A DNA stretch of 64,000 bases, taken from contig CATNEN010000032.1 of assembly GCA_950097015.1 (NCBI GenBank), forward strand, positions 1,178,001 to 1,242,000. The letters are read 5' to 3'. This document shows, piece after piece, positions 37,649-49,100 of the stretch (position 1 is its first letter; each line of letters opens with the position of its first letter). Under the pieces are notes generated by a model. It was given only the letters and a program-made list of their open reading frames with translations. It was not told the DNA's origin and did no database searches. The DNA comes from Macrostomum hystrix. Its lineage: Eukaryota; Animalia; Platyhelminthes. A program made the position numbers and the translations under genes.

Positions 37649-38862
37649 TGTGCTTCAGATTCCTCTATATATTGCCACCGTGAGCGGATTGCTGGTGTCT
37701 GCGTGGGCACTGTTTCCACTTTTATTTAGCCCCGCGAAAAAAACCGGTTCTATCTGAGAACCATTTTAGATCGCCCACCTCTACCTGACCCACCCGCCAA
37801 CTCACAGGGTGCACTTATAAGCAACCTTTCCGTGAGCAACCAATGGCATACAAAAGTTTCATGCTCACACAAGAGCACACATTATCAGCCAATGGGTTGG
37901 CGTAAATCGATTTAAAAAAACGAAACATGCTTGTTGCCGAGGATCTGGAGAAGCCAGTCCCTCTGCTGCGTCACTGTCAGTCTAGAGCTAAGCGCAGATA
38001 ATGGGGAAGGACCTGACAGGCAGGCAAGCATCGGGACCAACTCCCACAGACTGCCACGGGATCAAACAGATATGAGCACCTCAAAAACCGGTTCAAACTG
38101 GTAATTGCCAGCCCAATTGCCCGTAGGCATTATGCTAAGTAATATCAATACAGAAAATAAAGATACGCTGGTCGTTTTAATAGGCAGTTTTAATATTATC
38201 TAAAAACGCCCACTTACTTTTTTGAATGCAATAGTTTGCCTTTGCACATGTAATCCGGCACTTTCCATTTTAAGCTTTAGCTTGGCCAATCAGCTGCAAT
38301 ATGAGTTATATCTCTATTATACTGTTTCGTTTTCTTTCAAACAGAAAAGTTTAACTCATGCACGCGCATCACAGAAAGGCATTCTTAGCCTTGGGTGCGT
38401 CAGCAACCTGAAGTGCTGCTCAGAGCTGCCCGGGGCAGTGAAGGGTTAGGATAATATCCGTGGGATTTAGTAACTGAGCACAAATTAGTGAGCACGATCT
38501 GTCAGCTCTTGACAGTTTTGTGACAGCCATTGGTTCTCCGAAGTCGTTGAGGGCCCGATCCTCCCCGTACCCGCTCCACCGAGCGCAGCTGGCATTCGAA
38601 GCGGTGTAGCAGCGGTGCCAACATACGGCAAGCGACTGCGGATCTTCAGCTATAGGCTCCCAGTGGCTAGTTCTATGGCGTGCGAGCAGGCGGGATTCGA
38701 GAGGAAGAGGTCCCGTCCGGAGAGGTCCGGCTTCACCGGCAGGAGGCGGTTTAGAATTTAAGGCGCATTGAAACGGATTTCATAAATTCACAACAGATCG
38801 CCCAGAGCTGCTGAGAGCGGAGCCACTATTGTTTCACAGACCCGACTGTTTGATCACTGGAA

Positions 38863-41800
38863 ATGCGTCAGGTCCTGCTGCTGACGGCCCTCCTAATGGC
38901 CTGCATTCAGGCCTCAGTGGCTGCCAGTGAGTCGCCTTTCAATTAATTCTGACCACAGAAGATTTGTATTTATTCGCCATCCTATTTATCAACTCCCAAC
39001 TCATTCCAGGAATGTGTCCCAATGCGGTGATCTTCAACTCTTATAACTACCCAACTTACTACCTGACCCAGAAGGGAAACGGGCAGATTGGCATCGCCCT
39101 TGGCAATGGCACCAGGTTTGTTGAGCGCGACGCTCTGGACGGCACAAAGGACGGCGTGTCGCTCGAGGCCCTATCCCAGCCCGGATATTTCTTGTGCAAC
39201 GTGGACAACCTTGTCAAACTGTTGAAAAACGACAATAGCGAGCTGTTCAAGAGGGAGGCCTCCTTCACTCTGGAGAAGGCCGACGAGGGCTTCTTCAGGT
39301 TCAAGAGTACTACTCACACTAGGCACTACCTGAGGCATCAGTCGCTGCAGTTAAAGCTCATGAGCTGGGTGGACACGAACCTGTTCAAGGGGGACTCGGC
39401 TTTCGGCGTTGTGTGCACCAGCGGTGAGTGCCGAGCAAAATTTTGCGGCGCATAAGCAGAGAGCGCTTTGGTAAGAGCTTAGCACAATGCCCCACACACC
39501 CAAACTCAGACAAGCTGTTCAAGTTGGACGTCTGCGACGGCGAGTTCCAGCTGAAGTCCCTGAACTACCCGAAGTACTCGGTCAAGGCCGACGTCAATGT
39601 CATCTCCGCCATCAGCACCAGCAATGGAACCAGGCTGAAGTTCGTGACGCCCGCTCTGAATGGCAACCCCCGAGCTGTGTCCATCGAGTCAGCTGAGAAA
39701 CCCGGACACTTCCTCAACACCGTGGCAGACCACTTCGTCATGATGTCCAAGCTGGACAACACTCAGGAGTTCAAGAACGCCTCAACCTTCAAGGTGGTCA
39801 TCATGAGCAACGGCTACGTGCGTCTGCAGTCTCTGCAGAATCCGCGTCACTACATCAGGCACAGCGAGTTCCGGCTGAAGCTGGAGCGCTGGGCAGAGAC
39901 CCATCTGTACGACCTGGACTCCTCTTGGAAAATTGACTGCGCCAGTGAGTATGAGCCTATAGCTCATGAGAGTATGGGGCTTAGATCTATTTGCATTCCG
40001 AAATAAGTGATCGAAACTATGTAGTGCAGAACCTTGAATGAAGCTTATGCAGTTGTCGCAACTGGACAAACACCGAAACGCTTAGAACAAGACCAACTAT
40101 TGACATACACTCACAGATTGCAAAAAACCGTTCAAAAACAAAGAAAACTTTCATGTCTAACTTGCTAGATCAGGCGAAAAATTGTTTAACATTTTTTTAC
40201 TTTGACGAGTGAATGTGCATGTTTTCAGTGGCCGTAAAAACTTTTTTATTTTATCAACGTAATTGCAGTCATTCCATGCGACACCAAGGCCTTCGTGTAC
40301 AACCATGACTACGAGAATGCACACGGACCGCACTGCGAATTCGGTAAGACCACTCCGCTTAAAGGCTGTCACAACAAGAGTGGCATCTGCAGGGCTGTCA
40401 CAACAAGAGTGGCATCTGCAGGGCTGTCACAACAAGAGTGGCATCTGCAGGGCTGTCACAACAAGAGTGGCATCTGCAGGGCTGTCACAACAAGAGCGGT
40501 ATCTGCAGGGCTGTCACAACAAGAGTGGTATCTGCAGGGCTGTCACAACAAGAGTGGTATCTGCAGGGCTGTCACAACAAGAGTGGCATCTGCAGGGCTG
40601 TCACAACAAGAGTGGCATCTGCAGGGCTGTCACAACAAGAGTGGCATCTGCAGGGCTGTCACAACAAGAGTGGCATCTGCAGGGCTGTCACAACAAGAGC
40701 GGTATCTGCAGGGCTGTCACAACAAGAGTGGTATCTGCAGGGCTGTCACAACAAGAGTGGTATCTGCAGGGCTGTCACAACAAGAGTGGTATCTGCAGGG
40801 CTGTCACAACAAGAGTGGTATCTGCAGGGCTGTCACAACAAGAGTGGTATCTGCAGGGCTGTCACAACAAGAGTGGTATCTGCAGGGCTGTCACAACAAG
40901 AGTGGTATCTGCAGGGCTGTCACAACAAGAGTGGTATCTGCAGGGCTGTCACAACAAGAGTGGTATCTACAGGGCTGTCACAACAAGAGTGGTATCTGCA
41001 GGGCTGTCACAACAAGAGTGGTATCTGCAGGGCTGTAGTTAATTGCTAAATTAATTGCTTTCATCATAAATAAAACTCAAACTAGAAGACTGACTTGTTT
41101 CAACACTCCAGCATTGTTCACAATCTCCAACTCATCCCACAGCCCCCGCCAAGTGGTGGCAGCTCAGCCCGTTCTGTAAGGACCTGCCAGCCAACAGGCC
41201 GTCCCCGATCAACATCGAGCTGGGCCTGTGCAAGGCCAAGTCGCCGAAGCTGAAGAAGATCCAGCTAGGCAAGGGCTGGCACGACGAGAGAAAGTTCATC
41301 ATCAAGAACAACGGACACTCGAGTGAGCAGTCGTTGTATTCTATTGAAATGTTGCTCTAATTCTGTCTGACTATAGTAGATTCGTGAGAAGAAGTAACGG
41401 ATCTTAAGTAACGCAATCAGAACGGTCAAAAACTTCCACCAAACCCCGCCGCGCCCGCAGTCCAAGCCGACGCCGTGAACAGCGCCGACCTGACGGTGAC
41501 CGGAGGCCACCTGAACGGCACCTACAACTGCTTCCAGTTCCACTTCCACTGGGGCAGCGCCGCCAACGTAGAGAAGGGCGTCGGCAGCGAGCACCGCCTG
41601 TTCGACGCCACCGGCAAGCCACTGCCCACCCCAATGGAGGTGCACATTGTGTGCAAGCGGCTGGGGCTCAGCATGACCAAGGCCATCGACACCACCGACG
41701 CCATCACCGTGCTGGCTGGCTTCATCCACCCCATGCAGGTGCGGCACTGCGGCGCCTGAGCTCTACGACTGCCGCGTTCACTGCCTGCTGGCCTCCTCTC

Positions 41801-43110
41801 TGCTCACTGCCTGCTGGCCTCCTCACCGCTCACTGCCTGCTGGCCTCCTCACTGCTCACTGCCTGCTGGCCTCCTCACTGCTCACTGCCTGCTGGCCTCC
41901 TCACTGCTCACTGCCTGCTGGCCTCCTCACTGCTCACTGCCTGCTGGCCTCCTCACCGCTCACTGCCTGCTGGCCTCCTCACTGCTCACTGCCTGCTGGC
42001 CTCCTCTCTGCTCACTGCCTGCTGGCCTCCTCTCTGCTCACTGCCTGCTGGCCTCCTCACTGCTCACCGCCTCCTCCTCACTGCTCACTGCCTGCTGGCC
42101 TCCTCTCTGCTCACTGCCTGCTGGCCTCCTCACTGCTCACCGCCTCCTCCTCACTGCTCACTGCCGGCTGGTTTTCCATAAAAAATCGCTCGTATTTTCA
42201 CATCACCAATTCATTTTCCAGCCCAAGGATCACGACGGCTGGGCTGGTCACGTGATCGCCCAGGTCCTGTCGAACTTGACTGAGCTGTACGTCCCGGTGT
42301 CCCACGGCGCTGCTGTGGTCTCGGCAAAGAGTGAGCAATTGTTTGAATCGACTAGCAATCCATTCATCACATCAACCTGCCACGCATAGGCTAGCAATCC
42401 ATTCATCACATCAACCAGCCACGCATAGGCTAGCAATCCATTCCATTACATCTACCAGCCACGCATAGGCTAGCAATCCATTCCATCACATCTACCAGCC
42501 ACGCATAGGCTAGCAATCCATTCCATTACATCTACCAGCCACGCATAGGCTAGCAATCCATTCCATCACATCTACCAGCCACGTACAGGCTAGCAATCCA
42601 TTCCATCAATCACATCAACAAGCCACGCATAGGCTAGCAATCCATTCCACAGCGGGTGCACATCAGTTTCCCATTGCACCCAATAGACGTGGAGACAGTT
42701 GAGCTGCAGCTCCGCGATCTGCTGCCTGAGAGCCTGCACCGCTTCGTGAACTACGACGGCGCCTTCACCACCCCCGGCTGCAACCCGGTGGCGCAGTGGC
42801 ACATCTTCACCGAGGCCATGAAGATCCGCAAAGACCTGGTAACTGACTGACACTGCGTGAATTTTTGTTTTGGAGTTCTTACAGCCCGAGACACACTGAC
42901 CCGGTACACACGCGAACCATTCACTGCATCTTTCAGCTGCTGAAGTTCACAAAGACCTTCTTTGACAAGACCAAGAAGCGGCCAATGGTGGACAACTTCC
43001 GGCCGGTGATGGGACGACACGGTCGCGAGATCCGCTGCAGCTTCAGCAACAAGGAGGCGACGCCAGAAGAGGTCAAGAAAGTCGTCAGCGAGACCCGAGT
43101 TGTGTCTTAA
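38863..43110 (+). CDS. Secreted alpha-carbonic anhydrase C with two N-terminal AbfB/CBM42-like domains; 9 exons (38863-38926, 39010-39423, 39510-39944, 40269-40343, 41143-41322, 41461-41738, 42222-42330, 42687-42838, 42937-43110), 626 aa
   Basis: Signal peptide MRQVLLLTALLMACIQASVAA; same exon lengths (64/414/435/75/180/278/109/152/174) and phases as gene A; the three Zn-ligand His are intact. Confidence 0.9.
40363..41036. repeat. 29-bp minisatellite (GGGCTGTCACAACAAGAGTGGCATCTGCA) in CA-C intron 4
   Basis: Tandem array, about 23 copies. Confidence 0.95.
41390..43110 (+). repeat. Right arm of the ~1.7 kb inverted duplication
   Basis: Matches 25052-26730 in reverse complement. Confidence 0.92.
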
Positions 43111-44457
43111 TCTCGAGTCGGACTTCTCGATCAATGGAAGTTTGTGGCAGATCTGACAGTGAACTGCGTGACATTTGATTCTTTGGTTTTGGGGTTCTTT
43201 AAATTATTTCCTCCGACTGAAAGAGACAAAAATGTGGACACACCGGCCTTCAAAACCTATTTTAATTGCGCTTACGAGTATTATATTAAAAGTTGGAGCC
43301 TAGTTAGTTCAAAAGTTAGTAGCAAAAGTTAGTTCCGGGAATAAAATCGTCTAGCAATGTTATGTGAGAAGTTAGTAAATAGGTTAGAAAAATCCAACAT
43401 ATTTTGAGCCCCTTCAAATTTTTGGACTAAACATTCTGATCTGTGGTTTGACAATGTGATGACATAATATAAATTTACAGTTGTAATCCGAATTCTCGCA
43501 CAATTTGAGCACAAACTTTTTTTTCTTCGACAAACTCTTGCTATCTTACATACTCGTATTGTTCCGATTGATGTAAAACTAAGCCGAAATATATTACTGG
43601 TGCTGGTGCAATGAGCAAAGACTGATAAGCGCAAACTAAAATCTTTGTTTTTCGACTTTTAATAATTTTATACATTTCACGTGACATACGAGCTATATTG
43701 TAAACAAAATACTTTTACTATACTAAAGTGCACACAAAAGTTTTTTATTTTCCACGTTTTTTTTCACCTTTTCGCTCCTTCTCAATCGGCTGGCTTTTCG
43801 TCATAAGTCAAGTTGGACAACTTACCGTTCCAACCCGTAAGATCCGCGCTTCTGCTTCGTGTGCCTTTAGAGTAGACGTTCCGAAACATATTACGGCGCT
43901 GAAGGGTTCAGGAACACGATACACGACGTCGAGAGGCATCTGCACCGTCACGAGGTATATTGTGGCTTAAGCCGATACTGCTGTGGACATGTGCTTCTGC
44001 AGGCAAGGAGTCAGTGTGGAATCACACCCTTCTGGTTCTATACAGTTTGCAAATAACGCCTGACTTATGTATTCTGATGAACTCTACTACCCGTAGTTCA
44101 TGACGGGTGACGCAATACTTCTTTTCGGCAGAAATTAGCCCTTTTCAGTCCTTCACACCTATATAAATGAGGTTGAGACAGCCATTAGTGCGCATGCTGA
44201 TGTACGATAGGTCATTGCATGGACAGTATTTGCTGTAAATTACACGTCTTTCAGAAATCTTAGACCGAAAAGCCAGTAAGTAAAACCGGAAATCCTTGGT
44301 GCACACTTTAATCCTTGGTGCGAGGACAATTTGAAGTCAAATATCTAGAAAAAAACTAGTATTTTTAAAGCGTTATTTTAAGGCTTGTATTGGTGCATCA
44401 AATTTGGGACTTAAGCTTCGTGAAGATTAATAAATAAATGAGTTCAGGTCGTGATGC

Positions 44458-44875
44458 TGAGCATAGCTAAAAGGCAAAAGCGTTATTCATTTTAAATTTT
44501 AACATTTTTCGAGCATTGCTTTAAGCGTTATTCGATTCAAAACTTAATGAAGACTGTTCGAGCATACCTACTTCGAGCAAGAGGATAACATGAATTATTG
44601 AGGGGGAAGCATGAATTATAGCTAGCAAGTATTTATTAGCTTTATTATTAAACAAAATGTATTTTTTATGTATAGCAGCAACTGTTATTCGATACTAAGA
44701 CCAATGAAATATTTTTTAAGCATAGCTACAAGCATTATCAGATTCAGAACTAGAAGAAAATGCGTTGAGCACAGCTAAAAGCGTTTTAATTCATTATAAA
44801 TTTTAACATTTTTTCTAGCATAGCTTTAAGCGTTTATTCGATTCAAAACTAAATGAAGGCTGTTCGAGCAAACGT
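44458..44875. repeat. Imperfect ~115-bp direct repeat (44458-44570 and 44766-44875)
   Basis: TGAGCA(T/C)AGCTAAAA...AAATTTTAACATTTTT...GCTTTAAGCGTT...ATTCGATTCAAAACT...AATGAAG.CTGTTCGAGCA occurs twice. Confidence 0.8.
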
Positions 44876-46151
44876 AACTTTTAGAATTTTTTACTTAAAA
44901 AGTGCTTCGGGCAATTGCTGCTATCGTTATTGGTCTCAAAACTAGGCGAAAAAAGAATCATAACGACTGCATGGCGACATTCTTTTTAGTTTTTTTTAAT
45001 TAAGCGCTTTTTGCAGGCAAGCAATCATTATTTTTTCTATACTTTGAAAGCATAATAATTCGAAGGAAAACATGAAACTTAGGAATATAGCACTAGATAT
45101 CCATTTGTAGTGTCAGCTTGTTTGCCCTTCTATCTCCCCGTGTTATTATTCAGTACTTATTTTTAGACACGTGTTTTTTTTGCTAAAAGTCACCCACGCC
45201 AAGCCGGGCCGGACCAGCTGGGGGAACGGACGCCCACCACCCCGCGAGCGCTACCCCTGGGCTACAGTCCCGGCCAATCAGCGAGTGACCCGGCCTCACT
45301 ACCTGTCTACCCTCGGCAAGAAGCGACCCCGGGGCTCAGAACGGCGGTCGCAAGTCTACCGTGATTTGTCGCCTTGGCTCAAGCTACAGCCAGGCATCCA
45401 CCTCGCCGATCGGCCTAATTTGGGGTTAAAATGTCTCTATAAAAGGAAGCGTGTTTTTGCAGTGACTTTTATCGTTCTCCGCAATTCGCCTCACACTGTG
45501 AGAAGCACGTGCAAACCAGTCCACTTGTTTTGTCTCTCCCCGCCCGACCACGCTCCGCTTGTTCAGTTAGGTAGCTTTCGGCGCTACGCGTCTTGAGAGT
45601 GCGCCGCTGACAAGGGTGGTCTAGATAGGCGCTTGTTGTCGAAGTCAGTACGTGCTCTCTTCGGAGACTCCGCCGTCAGGCAGAAGGAGTGCCAACCGAT
45701 AGGATCTGTCGGGGCAGCGCTGAAAGCAGAGACAACCGGAACCTCTCTGGAAGAGTAGGGCGCGGATGTAGGCCAGTTTAAGTAAAATTGTTATATCCAA
45801 ATTGTTAGACCAGACTTGCTTTTCACTGTGAGCGCGCTATAATTTATTTCCGTGCGAACATCTATTCTGTCAGTGTAACTTTTAAATCAAGTAAACTAGA
45901 TTCAAATCAATTCCTAGTCTTATCTGGAATCTTAGCGAGTCACAGCTGATTAAATCACTTCCAATCAATTTATTCGAGTCTTCGCGTTTATATACTGTGT
46001 TATTCTTTTTCATTGAGAGTTTCGCCGGGCCGGCCGGAGGACGACACGCGGGTCTCATCGCTTATCTATTCCACTTCGCTCGCTACCGCAGTCTCTAACG
46101 CTATTTAATTCCAGATTTCCCTGCTGCTATTGAAACGATTGGTAGGACACC

Positions 46152-49100
46152 TGTTGTGCAGTTGATTAATGCACGTACATAGTTCGTACATGTACACCTC
46201 TGATATCGATTGGCGCAGAATATATATAGTCCAATAACTGAGAGCCAACTTGGCGTGAAAGTTTCGGATACTAACTTGGCTGACTCGCTACTATTCATTT
46301 ACAACATTGGCATCGCAAGCTCAAGCGAACACCCACCCCAATAAGCCGGGGTCGGAGTAGACTGAAGTGAAGTGACTGCAAGCCTGCCAAGCCAAGCGTA
46401 AACAACAGCGCCAAACTGCAAAAGTGCAAACTGAAACATGACGAGTGACAGCAACTCAGCAGAAGCGCCGCGGATCAGCGTATCGCCGCCGGATCAATTC
46501 CTGCCGCAGCCGGGCCGACCGGCGAGGCCGTGGAAAGAGTGGAAGGCCCTCTTTGAGAACTACTTACTTGCGGCCGGCTACGACACTTTGCCGGAAGCGA
46601 GGAGGCGCGCGCTGTTGCTGCACTGCCTTGGCGCGGAAGGGCAGCGAGTCTTTGCGGCTGTGGCAGCAACGAAGAGGCCGAGTCCGACAGAACTCGCGGC
46701 GACAGTCGCGATTCTGGACGAGCAGTTCGGAGCCAAAGTCAACGTGGTGGCGGAGCGCCACAAGTTTCGGCAGCGCAGTCAGCGTCCGGGTGAAAAGATT
46801 GCGGACTTCGTGGCGGCTCTGTATGCTCTGGCTGGCTCATGTGAGTTCCGCGACATGATGGAAGAAATGATCCGCGACCAGATCGTGGAGAAGGTCAGCG
46901 ACAGGCGAATTCGAGAGCGCTTGCTGATCGAGGACGGCCTGACGCTGCAGAAGGCAGTGACGCTGAGCCAGCAATGGGAGACCAGCATCGCTGAGGCCAG
47001 CGCGATAGAGACGGAAGGCGCAGCCGCGGCCGGAGCACAGCTGGAAGAAGAGGTGAAGAGAGTCCGACTACAACCAGACAGGAAGAACACAGGACAAGGG
47101 CGACCAGATCGAGAGTCATGCTCCAAGTGCGGAGGCGGGCACAACAGACGAGCCCGGTGTCCAGCTGAAGGCAAGAGTTGTCATGTCTCCGGGAAGGCGA
47201 ACCATTTCGGCCGGATGTGCAGGTCGCAGGGCGCCAAGGTCGCCGAGGTCATGGACGAGAGCGGCCAAGCCGTGTACATGGTGCGCGGCGCCTCCAGTCC
47301 CGACATCCGCTGCCGGCTGAAGGTGCATGGCATCTGGCTGAATCTGCTTGTAGACTCGGGAGCCAAGGTGTCCATCCTGTCAGAGAGGACCTTCAGGAAG
47401 CTCGGAAACCGGTCGCCACTCCAGCCGTCGACCAAGAAACTCATCGCGTACAACGGCAAGGCAATCGATGTCGTCGGCGAGGCGGTGCTGTCCGTCAGCT
47501 ATCGCGGCCAGCTGGTGCCATTTTTCTGCTTTACCGTGGTACGGCAAGGCTCCGACATCATGGGAACGGATCTGATGCAGCACCTCAGCTTCCAGGTGGT
47601 GGACAAGGACGGCGACCTCGTGCGCACAGTCGAAAAAACGGCAGAGCTACCGGTCTGGCTGGCCGAGCGCTTCAAGCCACTGACGCAGGGACTCGGGCGG
47701 ATCCGAGGATTCGAGCACCGGCCCAGGCTGAACCCCGCCGTGCCCCCGGTGGCGCAATCGCTACGCCGCATCCCACTTAGCATCAAAGACAAAGTCCAGG
47801 CGGAGATTGACCAGCTGCTGGAGGATGACATCATCGAGGAGATCCAGGCTTCAGAGTGGATTTCGAACCTGGTGATCGTCCCGAAGCCTGATGGCAAAAT
47901 CAGGGTCTGCAATGACCTCAGGTGCCCAAACAAGGCCATAGTTCCGGATAAGCAGCCGCTGCCGACATTCGAGGAGCTGACAACGGAGTTCAAGGGCTCG
48001 ACCGTGTTCACTAAGCTGGATTTAAATTCTTCGTATCTGCAGTTGGAGCTAGCAGAAGATAGGCGGGACTTAACGGCCTTCATTACGGAGAAAGGGCTGT
48101 ACCGGTACAAGCGCGTATGCTATGGCCTAAACAGCGCCCCGGCGGCCTTCCAGAAAGTTCTCAGCAAGATTCTCCATGGCTGTTCCGGGACGCTGCACTA
48201 CATCGACGACATAGTGGTGCACGCTGCCAACGAGGCGGAGCACCTGCGGCGGCTCACGACAGTGCTGGACAAGCTGCTCGCCCATGGCGTCACGCTCAAC
48301 GCCTCAAAGTGCCAGTGGGCTGCAGAGACAGTGCAGTTCCTGGGCTACATCGTCTCCGCGAGAGGACTTCAGCCGATGCAGTCTAACGTTGAAGACATCG
48401 AGGCGGTGCCGGAGCCCCAGAACGCCGAGGCAGTGGCCTCATTTCTGGGAATGGTTAAATTCTATTCCAACTTTCTGCACAACCTGTCCGACATCGCCGA
48501 GCCGCTGCTGCTGCTACTTCGCAAAGAGCAGCCCTGGAACTGGACAACAGATTGCCAAAAGGCCTTTTGGAGGCTCAAGAAGATGGTGGTGTCCCCAACA
48601 TGCTTGCGATTCTTCAGTCCCGACGACAAGATCATCGTGGCCTGCGACAGCTCCGCGCACGCTCTGGGGGCCGTGCTGATGCAAGACGACAGCGCCGGGG
48701 TTCGAAGACCAGTCGCTTTCGCGTCAAGGACCCTGTCAGCGACCGAGCGCAAGTACTCCGCATCAGAGAGAGAGGCTCTCGCGTGCATCTTCGCGTGCGA
48801 GAGATGGCACTATTTCCTGTTCGGCCGGAGATTCGAGCTGCACACGGACCACCAGGCTCTGACGACGCTGCTGACGGCTCAAGGCAGCGGCCACCGGCCT
48901 CTGCGGCTTCATCGATGGGCCGACCGCCTGCTCGCGTACGACTTCCAAGTCTGCCACGTTCCTGGCAAGAAGAACATCGTGCCAGATTTTTTGTCGCGCC
49001 ACGGCGCTCTCGAAGGAAAATGCCCAAGGCAAAGCGAAGAGGACTCGACCGAGCTCCAAGTGAATGCCGTACTGCTATCGGGCGCGCTGGAGATTGTCAG

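Noticed and set aside
6650-41036. Many minisatellite units contain 6-bp palindromes (TGATCA, CCATGG, GAATTC, CTGCAG, GGATCC, GCTAGC)
   Set aside because: Roughly one in three 25-bp units would contain one by chance; the observed rate is not clearly higher.
42650-42686. Acceptor CCACAG|CGG giving an HISFPLHPID extension to CA exon 8
   Set aside because: Phase 0, incompatible with the phase-1 end of exon 7; AATAG|AC at 42686 fits.
16581-43110. TRP channel and CA cluster as one pH or CO2-sensing system
   Set aside because: Proximity alone is weak evidence in a eukaryote, an unrelated gene lies between them, and no shared regulatory signal is visible.
45171-45596. 141-aa ORF upstream of Gypsy 1
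   Set aside because: GTG start, no recognisable domain or splice support.
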